This document shows, piece after piece, positions 1 through 11,300 of a DNA stretch of 53,605 nucleotides; within the stretch, counting starts at the first letter, position 1; each line of letters begins with the position of its first letter. Source of the DNA: Piromyces finnis finn (Eukaryota > Fungi > Neocallimastigomycota); NCBI GenBank assembly GCA_002104945.1, contig MCFH01000106.1:1-53605 (forward strand), read 5' to 3'. The position numbers and the translations under genes were made by a program. The notes beneath the pieces are model-generated. The model had not been told where the DNA came from. It saw nothing but the letters and a program-made list of their open reading frames with translations, and did no database searches.

Positions 1-93
1 CCTATTACCACAATGCAATATTAATCATAAACTAGTTCAAAATGTTAATGATGCATTCAACCACATAAAAGAAGTGTTATACGCTCCAAAGAG

Positions 94-582
94 TTGTATA
101 AAAGAAGAGTGGATAAAAGTCGTTTAGAAGCTCCAAAATTTAAAATTGATGATTTAGTTTGGATTCAAGCCCCACCTTCTCTAAATATTGAAAATAGTTC
201 CAAATTAGCTCCTTGTAAATATGGTCCATATAAAATAACTCAAGTTTTGAGGAATAACAATTATGAAATCGATATCAAAAAATCACCTTTTCCCAAACAC
301 TATCCAATATTTCATGTATCTGAGTTGGAACCTTATAGACCAACTCCAAAAGAATTTTTAAATAGAACTGCGGATCCAGAATCAATAAAAGATATAGTGG
401 AAATATCTGGATTCCGTACAAATTATAAACAACAACGATATGAATATAAAATTCGATACAAATACCGTTCCGCTTATAATTGGGTACCAGCAAGTGAAGT
501 AGAAGACAATCCTCGTAACCAATACATTTATCAAAAATATTTAAAAAGTGGACGACATTATGCTTCTATAGCATATAATTAA
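94..582 (+). pseudogene. Mirror copy of the integrase C-terminus (GPY/F region + chromo-like domain) of gypsy element A
   Basis: Protein identical to the last 162 aa of ORF 3433-4905; 1-bp deletion upstream at ~79 (gtgtta-tacgc vs gtgttactacgc). Confidence 0.9.
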
Positions 583-751
583 TTAAAATAATATTAATAA
601 GTCAATAATTCTCTAAAAATAACTTTTACACCATTTACAAAATATTTTTATAACAATAAATTTCGAAATTTAACTCATCACAAAATTTTGAAATTTCAAC
701 ATTTCAAAATTTTACACCAAATATTTTTCAATTATCATATTAAAACTTTAT

Positions 752-1365
752 TGTAAAGATATCAAACGCCACAGATTGATATCTTTAATGTAACTTAAGC
801 CATAAATATTATTGTTTAAGTTACACGAATTATATTACAGAAAAAGAAAATGGACATAATTTATTTATTAATAATTAAAGTTTAAAACAAAATAAATTAT
901 TAATTTATTCTTAATGTTTAACAAATAAATTAAAATTCTCAATTCAAACCCCTAGTTTTAGTATTGTTTGTAATAGAAATAGACATCTAGTATATAATTA
1001 TTAAATGTTTAAATATATCAATAATACATGGGCACATATTCAAATTGAATAGTACTTAATTTGAATTGCCAATTGTATTTTACTAAAAATAGTTATAGTC
1101 TAAATATTTATTAATAATTAAGATTTTAGTGTAGATTTTAAATAATAATATAGAAGAATAAATAGTTATTATATAATATAAATGTATTTAGGAAAAATAT
1201 AAATAGAAGATATTTTTCATCATTTTATCGATGTAATTGTTATTATAAAATTTCTATTATAATAAAGATATTTTTTAATAAAACAATTTTATTTCTATTT
1301 AAATCTTTGGTGTTATTGTAATAGAATAGATATCCTAATCTATTCTTTCGGTTTTAAACATTACA
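752..1365 (+). mobile_element. Solo LTR of the TGTAAAGATATC family (related to the LTR at 19008-19573), inserted in the 3' UTR of element A
   Basis: TGT...ACA ends; 5-bp TSD TTTAT at 747-751 and 1366-1370; colinear with 19008-19557. Confidence 0.85.
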
Positions 1366-2643
1366 TTTATTATTTAAAACAATAAGTGTAATGAATATAA
1401 TTAGTCAAAATTAAATGCATAAGATAAATAATAAGTAATAAATTATTTATATTAATTATATGTACGTAAGAATAATAATTAAATAATTTATAATATTAAT
1501 TAAATATATAAGAATATAACAAGTAAATAAATTTATATAAGTGTATATAAAATTAATATTTTAAGTAAATCATAAATATTAATTAAATGAATGAAATACT
1601 AAATAATTTATGAATTATAGTAATAGTTGAATGTATATAAAATAATAATTTAAATAAATTTGTATAAATAATAAGAAATAATAATTATTCAATTATGAAT
1701 AATTAATATTTCTTACATTGTAAAAGGTTTTATTATGTAAATATTGTATTAATAGAATAATGTATTTAATACGTATTTAAAATAATGTACAATGTATTGA
1801 ATTAATGTACAGTAAATCTTTACAAAATTTATATCACAATACATTAACATAAATCTATGTGAAATCTAAAGTTACAATAAAATAATGTATTACAATACAT
1901 TAACATAAATTATGTAAATTTAATTTTTATTAAGTTTTTTGATGATAAAATAAATTTTTAAATTAAGAGGCTTAGTTTATAAAAAAAATTTTTTCTTATC
2001 TAAAATATTTATTGGTTAAAAATTACTTAATTTAAAAAATTTATTTTATCATCAAAAACTTTATCTTATCATAAAATTAAATTTACATAAATTTATGTTA
2101 ATGTATTGTAATACATTATTTTATTGTAACTTTAGATTTCACATAGATTTATGTTAATGTATTGTGATATAAATTTTGTAAAGATTTACTGTACATTAAT
2201 TCAATACATTGTACATTATTTTAAATACGTATTAAATACATTATTCTATTAATACAATATTTTACATAATAAAACCTTTTACAATGTAAGAAATATTAAT
2301 TATTCATAATTGAATAATTATTATTTCTTATTATTTAATACAAATTTATTTAAATTATTATTTTATATACATTCAACTATTACTAATAATTCATTAAATT
2401 ATTTAGTATTTCATTCATTTAATTAATATTTATGATTTACTTAAAATATTAATTTTATATACACTTATATAAAATTTATTTACTTGTTATATTCTTATAT
2501 ATTTAATTAATATTATAAATTTATTTAATTATTATTCTTTACGTACATATAATTAATATAAATAATTTATTTACTTATTATTTATCTTATGCATTTAATT
2601 TTGACTAATTATATTCATTACACTTATTGTTTTAAATAATAAA

Positions 2644-3261
2644 TGTAATGTTTAAAACCGAAAGAATAGATTAGGATATCTATTCTATTACAATAACACC
2701 AAAGATTTAAATAGAAATAAAATTGTTTTATTAAAAAATATCTTTTATTATAATAGAAATTTTATTAATAACAATTACATCGATAAAATGATGAAAAATA
2801 TCTTCTATTTATATTTTTCCTAAATACATTTATATTATATTATAACTATTTATTTCTTCTATATTATTATTTAAAATCTACACTAAAATCTTAATTATTA
2901 ATAAATATTTAGACTATAACTATTTTTAGTAAAATACAATTGGCAATTCAAATTAAGTACTATTCAATTTGAATATGTGCCCATGTATTATTGATATATT
3001 AAACATTTAATAATTATATACTAGATGTCTATTTCTATTACAAAACAATACTAAAACTAGGGGTTTGAATTGAGAATTTTAATTTATTTGTTAAACATTA
3101 AGAATAAATTAATAATTTATTTTGTTTTAAACTTTAATTATTAATAAATAAATTATGTCCCATTTTCTTTTTCTGTAATATAATTCGTGTAACTTAAACA
3201 ATAATATTTATGGCTTAAGTTACATTAAAGATATCAATCTGTGGCGTTTGATATCTTTACA
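2644..3261 (-). mobile_element. Same solo LTR in the right palindrome arm
   Basis: Reverse complement of 752-1365, flanked by ATAAA at 2639-2643 and 3262-3266. Confidence 0.85.
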
Positions 3262-3432
3262 ATAAAGTTTTAATATGATAATTGAAAAATATTTGGTGTA
3301 AAAATTTTGAAATGTTGAAATTTCAAAATTTTGTGATGAGTTAAATTTCGAAATTTAGTTGTTATAAAAATATTTTGTAAATGGTGTAAAAGTTATTTTT
3401 AGAGAATTATTGACTTATTAATATTATTTTAA

Positions 3433-4905
3433 TTAATTATATGCTATAGAAGCATAATGTCGTCCACTTTTTAAATATTTTTGATAAATGTATTGGTTAC
3501 GAGGATTGTCTTCTACTTCACTTGCTGGTACCCAATTATAAGCGGAACGGTATTTGTATCGAATTTTATATTCATATCGTTGTTGTTTATAATTTGTACG
3601 GAATCCAGATATTTCCACTATATCTTTTATTGATTCTGGATCCGCAGTTCTATTTAAAAATTCTTTTGGAGTTGGTCTATAAGGTTCCAACTCAGATACA
3701 TGAAATATTGGATAGTGTTTGGGAAAAGGTGATTTTTTGATATCGATTTCATAATTGTTATTCCTCAAAACTTGAGTTATTTTATATGGACCATATTTAC
3801 AAGGAGCTAATTTGGAACTATTTTCAATATTTAGAGAAGGTGGGGCTTGAATCCAAACTAAATCATCAATTTTAAATTTTGGAGCTTCTAAACGACTTTT
3901 ATCCACTCTTCTTTTATACAACTCTTTGGAGCGTAGTAACACTTCTTTTATGTGGTTGAATGCATCATTAACATTTTGAACTAGTTTATGATTAATATTG
4001 CATTGTGGTAATAGGGTCATTTCATCCATCGGAGGATGGAAACCATAATTAATGAAGAATGGTGTTTCTTTGGTTGATTCATTAACAGCGTTGTTATAAG
4101 CGAATTCTGCAAGTGGAAGCCAATCAACCCAGTCGTCATGATAGAAAGACTTGGAATAACATCTAAGATACTGTTTATTAAAAGAATTTGACCTCTCGAC
4201 CTGTCCAACAGTTTCATGGTGGTCAGTAGTAGCTATTCTTGGATGAATATATAATAAATCCAAAAATTCGAGCCAAACATCACTTGTAAATTGTGAACCT
4301 CTATCAGTATATAGGTCATAAGGGAGACCATGTAAACGATATACATTGTTCAAAAAAGCTTTTGCAGTTTGTGCTGCGTTTGGAACTTGTTTAAACGGAA
4401 CTAAGTGAATCATTTTAGAAAAGCGGTCAACCACTACCATAATTACGGTGTACCCTTTAGACTCAGGAAGGCCACAAAGAAAGTCAATTTCTATAGATTT
4501 CCATGGACGTTCTGGAGTATCTAAAGGTTGTAATTTTCCATATTTACGATGTCTAGTTACTTTATTTCTTGTGCATGTTTCACAAGAATTAACAAATTTA
4601 GTAACATCATCCTTAATTTTAGGCCACCAAAAATTTCGAGTTATCAATTCTAAAGTCCTTTTTATACCAAGATGTCCAGCAGAGGGTTGTTCATGATATT
4701 TCATAAGAACATCTAAACGTAGTTTTTCAGGGATATAAACTAAGTTATTATATAAAATAAGATTATTTTTTAATTCAAACTTGTTCATTTTCCTAAATGG
4801 TCTATAAGCCTTTTGGTCATTATGTGGGCTGAAATATAGCATAATATCCTTAGCAGTTTCGTCGTCCTTTAAGTATTGAATAACTTGTTCCAAGAAGTTA
4901 CTCAT
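3433..4905 (-). CDS. Gypsy integrase with HHCC, DDE core, GPY/F region and divergent chromodomain (element A pol, 3' part)
   Basis: HEQPSAGHLG...CETC; SIEIDFL, YTDRGSQF, GQVERSN; KYGPY; in frame with the RT-RH ORF across one TAA. Confidence 0.92.
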   Translation of the reverse strand: MSNFLEQVIQYLKDDETAKDIMLYFSPHNDQKAYRPFRKMNKFELKNNLILYNNLVYIPEKLRLDVLMKYHEQPSAGHLGIKRTLELITRNFWWPKIKDDVTKFVNSCETCTRNKVTRHRKYGKLQPLDTPERPWKSIEIDFLCGLPESKGYTVIMVVVDRFSKMIHLVPFKQVPNAAQTAKAFLNNVYRLHGLPYDLYTDRGSQFTSDVWLEFLDLLYIHPRIATTDHHETVGQVERSNSFNKQYLRCYSKSFYHDDWVDWLPLAEFAYNNAVNESTKETPFFINYGFHPPMDEMTLLPQCNINHKLVQNVNDAFNHIKEVLLRSKELYKRRVDKSRLEAPKFKIDDLVWIQAPPSLNIENSSKLAPCKYGPYKITQVLRNNNYEIDIKKSPFPKHYPIFHVSELEPYRPTPKEFLNRTADPESIKDIVEISGFRTNYKQQRYEYKIRYKYRSAYNWVPASEVEDNPRNQYIYQKYLKSGRHYASIAYN

Positions 4906-4938
4906 AATACCAATGAAACTTGGTATTAGTTTTACATT

Positions 4939-6528
4939 TTATGAGTCTAAAATATATTCTGGCTTTTCTTCATAAGTCTTATCCATGTAGTCAGGTCTGC
5001 GAGATAGACTATCAGGTTTACCATTCTTACGACCTTGTCTGTATATAAGTTCAAAGTCGTATTCTTGAAAGAAAAGGTGCCAACGATGTTGTCTTTGATT
5101 ACCTACCTTTCCTCCAAGAATATAAAGTAAATTTCTATGATCAGTGTAAACTTTTATTTTATATTTAGCACCAAGAAGAAGGTGCCTCCAAGTAGAGAAA
5201 GAATCCTTAATGGCTAATAGTTCTTTATCTGTTATAGAATAGTTAACTTCAGAACTACTTAGACTTCTGGAGTAGTAAGCAACAGGATGTAGACGATTTT
5301 CTGAATCATATTGAGAAAGTATAGAACCGATAGCAACATTACTTGCATCACATTCTAAAATATATTGTTTTTGAGGATCAGGATGTGATAAAATAGGTGC
5401 TGAAGTTAAACGCGTTTTTAAAATGTTAAATGAGGATTCACATTCTGTAGACCACTTGAACTTTGCATTCTTTTTTGTTAAGTTGTGGAGGGGTTTAGCC
5501 AAGTCTGCAAAATTCATTACAAAACGTCTATAGTAGTTACAAAGACCTAAAAATCTTTGTACATCCTTAACTGTAGTAGGAATAGGCCAATTTTTGATTG
5601 ACTCTATCTTTTTTGGGTCGGTAGCAATTCCTGAACCTGAAATAACATATCCTAAGAATTCAACTTGTGGTTTGTCAAATTCACATTTAGGAAGCTTAGC
5701 ATATAAATTATTTTCTAATAGTTTAGAAAGAACTTCACGTACATGTTGGTGGTGTTCTTCTAAGGTTTTTGAAAATATAAGAATATCATCCAAATAGAGA
5801 ATAACAGATTTTTCCAAGAAAGGTCTGAGAACAGAATTTATAAATGCCTGAAAAGTAGCAGGAGCGTTACGTAAACCAAATGGCATCACTAAATATTCAT
5901 AGTGACCAAACTTTGTGCGAAAAGCAGTTTTATATTCATCACCATTTCTTATTCTAACTAAATTATAAGCAGAGCGTAAGTCGAGCTTGGTGAAATACTT
6001 TGCACCTTTGACACGTTCTATAATGTCGGTAATAAGTGGTATTGGGTAGGAGTTACGTATCGTTACAGAATTGAGTTTTTTATAATCAATACAAACTCTA
6101 AGAGTACCATCTTTCTTTTTCTGAAATACCACTGGATATCCTGCAGGTGATTCGGATGGTCTAATAAAGCCTTTTTCTAAATTTTCCTTGATATACTCTT
6201 CTAAAACTTTTGATTCTTCTTCTGATAAGGGATAGATGGGACCATAATGAAGAGTAGCATCTTTTTCTAGTACTATTTTACAATCTGTAATTCTATGTGG
6301 TGGTAGTTTATCAGCTTCTTGTTTGCTGAAAACTTTCGCCAAATCTCGATAGGGTTTTGGAATATCTTCAATAGTATGTTCTTCTAAATTGCTTACTTCT
6401 TCTGGTTTTTCGGACAAAAAAGTATGAATTAAATAATTATAATTATATCTATCATAATTATTTTTATTTAATATAACTTTTCTAAAAAATTTTGGAACGT
6501 TTAGGGTTAAATTTGTGGAATCGACCAT
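4939..6528 (-). CDS. Gypsy reverse transcriptase + RNase H (element A)
   Basis: [51 protein letters not shown]. Confidence 0.95.
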   Translation of the reverse strand: MVDSTNLTLNVPKFFRKVILNKNNYDRYNYNYLIHTFLSEKPEEVSNLEEHTIEDIPKPYRDLAKVFSKQEADKLPPHRITDCKIVLEKDATLHYGPIYPLSEEESKVLEEYIKENLEKGFIRPSESPAGYPVVFQKKKDGTLRVCIDYKKLNSVTIRNSYPIPLITDIIERVKGAKYFTKLDLRSAYNLVRIRNGDEYKTAFRTKFGHYEYLVMPFGLRNAPATFQAFINSVLRPFLEKSVILYLDDILIFSKTLEEHHQHVREVLSKLLENNLYAKLPKCEFDKPQVEFLGYVISGSGIATDPKKIESIKNWPIPTTVKDVQRFLGLCNYYRRFVMNFADLAKPLHNLTKKNAKFKWSTECESSFNILKTRLTSAPILSHPDPQKQYILECDASNVAIGSILSQYDSENRLHPVAYYSRSLSSSEVNYSITDKELLAIKDSFSTWRHLLLGAKYKIKVYTDHRNLLYILGGKVGNQRQHRWHLFFQEYDFELIYRQGRKNGKPDSLSRRPDYMDKTYEEKPEYILDS

Positions 6529-7228
6529 TTTTCTTCTTACTAAAGGTTTTAGATCTGAAATAAAAATTATGAATTTTATTTTTTAAATTATAAAAATTGG
6601 TGGAATAATTTTTATTTTTATTTTTTGTGTTATTTACACCTGTAGAAGTGGTAGGTGTAACATTTATGTCATTTCTATTATAAGAAATGAATTGTTCTAA
6701 TTTTAAAAATTTAGTAGCATGCTTCATATTGAATTTCTTTCTGTTAAAATCATATTTTAAATTTGAATATAAATAATTTTTATTATAATTATAATGAATT
6801 TCATATTTGGACATGAATATATTTCCAAATAATAAATCTGTCGGAATATAATCCGCTAGTAAAAATTTTTCTTTGAAATTGATGAAATGGAATTTATTGT
6901 TGATAAATAGTTTTAACTGAAAGTTTAGGTTGATATATTCATCAAGTTCAATTGAAGTACCACTGATACCTTGTACAGTGATAACATTATTAATTTTATG
7001 AGGATGTAATTGTAATGTACGTAATAGTTTGTACGACATAAAATTACAATAAGATCCACTATCTAATAGTGATGTACATGCAATTTTATTATGTACATTA
7101 TTTGTACCTCCATTGGATAATACATATGTATTAAAAGTAAAAAATGTTGAAGGTAATGTATTATCTTTGTTGATAGTGGGAAAAGTGTAGTTTAATATTT
7201 TTGTATTCGAGTGGTGATAGGACTTCAA
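6482..7228 (-). CDS. Retroviral-type aspartic protease region (element A)
   Basis: SLLDSGSYCNF active-site motif and LLFGNIFM; lies between gag and RT. Confidence 0.85.
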   Translation of the reverse strand: MKSYHHSNTKILNYTFPTINKDNTLPSTFFTFNTYVLSNGGTNNVHNKIACTSLLDSGSYCNFMSYKLLRTLQLHPHKINNVITVQGISGTSIELDEYINLNFQLKLFINNKFHFINFKEKFLLADYIPTDLLFGNIFMSKYEIHYNYNKNYLYSNLKYDFNRKKFNMKHATKFLKLEQFISYNRNDINVTPTTSTGVNNTKNKNKNYSTNFYNLKNKIHNFYFRSKTFSKKKNGRFHKFNPKRSKIF

Positions 7229-7252
7229 TGGAAGTCCTTTATTTAGTTTTTT
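7220..7252 (-). promoter_or_regulatory. Candidate -1 programmed ribosomal frameshift signal at the gag/pol junction
   Basis: Minus strand: A AAA AAC heptamer (7252-7246) just before the gag TAA, 8-nt spacer, then stem-loop GGACUUC-CAUU-GAAGUCC (7237-7220). The -1 frame is open into the protease ORF. Confidence 0.7.
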
Positions 7253-7881
7253 GAACTAATTTTTTGAGCTTTATAATTGTTGTTATTATTATTATATTTT
7301 TGGAAGTTATTGTTGTTATTGTTGTTGTTGTTGTATGATCTGTGGTGGTTGAAATGTGAATTTCTTTTCTTGTTAGATTTAGAGTTGGAAGACTGGTTAA
7401 TCTTATTCTTTGTAGAAAGAGAACTTTCGATCAAAATACATCTAGTTATAATGGACTCCATGGTGGTTGGAAATACCTCCATCTTTTCAATTTCTTCCTG
7501 ATATTTGGGATGTAAACCATTGTAAAAGATTAAAGATAATGCTTCTTCATTCCATTTAAATTGTTGTGAAAGAGAGCGGAATTCCTCGATATAATCATTT
7601 ATTTTACCATATTGTTGTTTTAAACGCATTATTTTGATTTTAGCTATCTTGTAACTAGCAACATTCGAGAAAGCAATTCTTAATCCATCCAACAATTCTT
7701 GCATGGTAGATGGATAAATATTATCCTTGTACTTAGCAAGATACCAATTTCTAGCAGCATCACGAAGACGGGATTGTACAAAATTAATTTTTGTTTCTTC
7801 TGGTAAAGTTCGATTTGGTAGAGTTTTAAAAGTATCTTCACATAATTGACAAAACAAATCGGTATCACTAGTCTTACCGGA
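7243..7881 (-). CDS. gag, 3' portion (element A)
   Basis: Retrotransposon gag motifs (LRDAARNWY, YIEEFRSL, FYNGLHP). Joins in frame to 13319-13701 when element B is removed (...DPGMFSG-KTSDTDLFCQ...). Confidence 0.88.
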   Translation of the reverse strand, partial: SGKTSDTDLFCQLCEDTFKTLPNRTLPEETKINFVQSRLRDAARNWYLAKYKDNIYPSTMQELLDGLRIAFSNVASYKIAKIKIMRLKQQYGKINDYIEEFRSLSQQFKWNEEALSLIFYNGLHPKYQEEIEKMEVFPTTMESIITRCILIESSLSTKNKINQSSNSKSNKKRNSHFNHHRSYNNNNNNNNNFQKYNNNNNNYKAQKISSKN

Positions 7882-8247
7882 TGTAATGAGGTATATCTAA
7901 GGATAAGGGTTAGACTAGAAAATCATTAAGGTTAGATTAATGAAAATTTCATAATTATATTTTATAACCAATCATTAAATAATTAATTCACTTATCAAAT
8001 TGTATTAAAAAAAAAATAATTTTCATGTATAAAAGAGAGAATAAGAAAGATAAAATAGTTCTTTAGTGTTTTTATTAATAATTAATAAAAATTAGTTTTT
8101 TTTGTTTCGTCTTTAGTTTGATAATACACTGACCTAGCGAGTTAGTCGTATTATAATAATAAATTTAGTAAATAAACATTATTAAAAAAAATACATATAT
8201 TTGATACATTAGAGTGTGTGTGTTTATTATTATAATATTTCGTTACA
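7882..8247 (+). repeat. 5' LTR of element B
   Basis: 366 bp; differs from the 3' LTR by about 4 substitutions plus homopolymer lengths. Confidence 0.95.
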
Positions 8248-8258
8248 ATAAAAACACT
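8248..8258 (+). promoter_or_regulatory. Self-priming (Tf1-type) primer binding site of element B
   Basis: ATAAAAACACT directly after the LTR is the exact reverse complement of AGTGTTTTTAT at 8065-8075 inside the LTR; no tRNA-type TGG start. Confidence 0.75.
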
Positions 8259-8310
8259 CTAAGATCGCTACCTCAGTGCCTCGTTTATTTGCTTACTTCT
8301 AATTTTTTTT

Positions 8311-11300
8311 ATGGATAACTCTGCTGATTTGAAGAACGGTTTTGATGGCAACCGTCGCTACCTGAAGGGATTCTTAGCCAAAATGGACATGATCTTTATG
8401 ATCCATCCTGAAATAGGAAGGGACGATGGAGAAAAGGTCTTCTACGTCGTTAGTCGCCTCTACGGGGATGCAATGAATTGGGCTGCTACCTTGATTAACA
8501 ACCATGATCCTTGCTTACAGGATTATGGCGCCTTTGTTGGAAAGCTGAAGGCTGCTTTTGGTTTTCAGGATATGGTCTATACTGCCAACCAGAAGCTCAA
8601 GAAGATCAAACAACATGGCCTATCCAATACTCAAGAGTATATCAAGGAATTTAACTACTATGCTGATGAATCCACTTGGAATGAACAAGCCAAGATGGAT
8701 GCTTTTGTTGATGGGTTGGACGATAGAATCGCCACCCATATCCTTCAGATGTTTCCTGGCCCTTCTACCTTGATAAACTTACAAACAATAGCCAGTCGTA
8801 TAGGAAGTAGATTGGCATGCCACCAAGAGGAAATAAACAGAAGATCCAATAGAAGTTTCCGTTCTAAACAAAGCTTCCAATCCCGCTCCTCAGAAAGATC
8901 TACAAGTAAATCCACTCAGCCCAAGAAGGAAAATAATTTTGGCCCCATTTCAAGTGAAGAACGTAGCCGCCGAATGAAAGAGAATCTCTGCTTATATTGT
9001 GGTAAACCTGGTCACCGATTATCTGAATGCCCTATTAGAACCAAAAAGGAAAACCATACTAATAATGCTGGGGTCCATGTTTTGAATGAACAAGAAAAAT
9101 CCACTCGACTTTCGGATAACTCCTCTTTACCGCAAACTGTTATCGATGTTGATGTTGTTCTTCCATACAAATCTGTCGGAACTAAAGTTCTCTTAGATAG
9201 TGGTTCACAATTCTGTTTGATAGACCACGCCTTTGTTAAGGCCCATGAGATCCCTATAATTACCAAAGTAAAATGCCCACAAATTATAGGTATCGGAGGT
9301 CACCAAAAGATTATCGGCCAGACTTGGCCTATAACTGTGGAACACATGAATCACTCATGCCAGTTACAATTTTACGTCGTAAAATTGCCTTCTTACTGTT
9401 GTATTCTTGGCTCTGATTGGCTAGTCCTTCACAATCCGACAATCAATTTTGCTAGTAAGGACGTTTCCTATCATTCTGAATACTGTAAGGAAAATTGCTT
9501 AAGGAAAGAATCTGCTAGCTCTACCACTTCTGAACTCGAAGACCAATCGAAGGACGAAATGTCAGTTGGAAATACACCTGAATACCCTTTCAATGTATTC
9601 ACTTGTTTAGAAGAACCTGAAGTTGAGTCACCCCAAATTCCAATTCACTACTCTCAACACTCCAAAGTGTTCGAGGAAAGGCTCGCTGATAAACTCCCTC
9701 CTCATCGCCCGTACGACTGTGAGATCAACCTGAGACCAAATAGCAACTTGTTTTATGGTCCAATCTACCGACTTACTGAGAAAGAATCAAAGGTATTAGA
9801 AGAAACCATTAATGAAAATTTAAAAAAGGGGTTTATCCGCAAATCCAAATCGCCAGCTGGTGCTCCCGTTCTGTTTGTCCCGAAGAAGAGTGGAGAACTT
9901 CGTATGTGTATCGACTACCGCCGCTTGAACGAAATCACCATTAGGAACTCGTACCCTCTCCCATTGATCCAAGACATGTTGGATCATCTAGGAAAAGCTA
10001 AGGTGTTCTCGAAGTTAGATCTTCGATCCGCCTATAACTTGGTAAGAATCAAAGAAGGCGATGAATATAAGACCGCCTTCACCTGTCAATTTGGCCATTT
10101 CGAATATCTGGTAATGCCTTTCGGTCTCAAGAACGCTCCTGCAGTCTTCCAACATTTTATTAACGACGTTCTTGAAGGCATTATCGGTAAATTCGTCTTT
10201 TCGTATATTGACGATATTATCATTTTCTCTGATAATATAGCCGAACATCATGAACACGTCAATGAAGTCCTTCGTAGACTCGAAGAAGCCGGACTGTACG
10301 CTAAACTTGAAAAATGTCTATTCGACTCTCCTTGTCTTGACTTCCTTGGTCATAGAATCTCTGCCTCTGGTATCGGAATGGACCCTAATAAGGTGAAAGC
10401 CATTGCGGAATGGCCGACTCCTAAATCGGTCCATGAACTACAATCTTTCCTAGGCTTAGCCAACTATTATCGTAGATTTATTCCTGGCTTTGCTAAGATT
10501 GCTCACCCACTCCACCAACTTTGCAAGAAGAACACCGCCTTCGTTTGGAACGATACCGCTCAAGATGCTTTTGATGCTTTGGTTAAGCATTTTATTAGTC
10601 AGCCTATCCTTGCATATCCTGATGTTGACCTACCTTTCGTTGTCGAAACCGATGCAAGTAACTTCGCCATAGGTGCTGTATTGTCTCAAGTCAACAAGTC
10701 CGACAATATTCTTCACCCTGTTGCGTTCTTTTCTAGATCCCTTACAAATCCGGAGAAGAACTACCCTATCTATGATAAAGAACTTCTGGCTATCGTCGCG
10801 TCCTTAGAAGTGTGGAGACATTTTTTGAAAGGTGCGAATCATCCTTTCAAAATTATATCAGACCACAGAAACCTCCTTTTTCAGAAGAAACCGGAGAAGA
10901 TGACTCAGAGATTAATTAGATGGTCCCTTTTCCTTGCTGAATTCGATTTTGTCATTGAATATCGCCCTGGTTCCTCGAACGGGAAAACCGATGCCTTGTC
11001 AAGAAGACCTGACTATCTTGATCACTCTTGCAATTCCGATTCTAATAACTCTGTCTTTCGTCCCGAAAATTTCAGCTCCTGCTTTGCTTCATCCACTCCT
11101 TCTTCTCTTCTTGAAAAAATTGCTCTCTCTTGTAAACTTGACAAATTCTTCATTGAGACTTCTAATCAACTTCTCAATGATAATTGTTCTTCTGACTACA
11201 AACTTAGTAACAACGTCCTCCTTTTCCAAGATAAAATCTATGTTCCTAATGATTGCCGAGTGGAAATTCTGTCTTCTTGTCATGACTCCCCTGCTGCCGG

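Larger units (their letters stand above)
1..4015. repeat. Large palindrome / fold-back duplication (arms 1-1967 and ~2026-4015, ~58-bp spacer; left arm runs off the window)
   Basis: Base 1 (cctattacca) pairs with 4006-4015 (tggtaatagg). ORF 94-582(+) is identical to the C-terminus of ORF 3433-4905(-). The left arm has several 1-bp deletions relative to the right arm. Confidence 0.95.

Noticed and set aside
275-493. Short antisense and overlapping ORFs within pol and LINE ORFs (e.g. 275-493, 3522-3740, 9012-9266, 10934-11332, 30634-30981, 39895-40251)
   Set aside because: Shadow ORFs of long coding regions, with no recognisable motifs.
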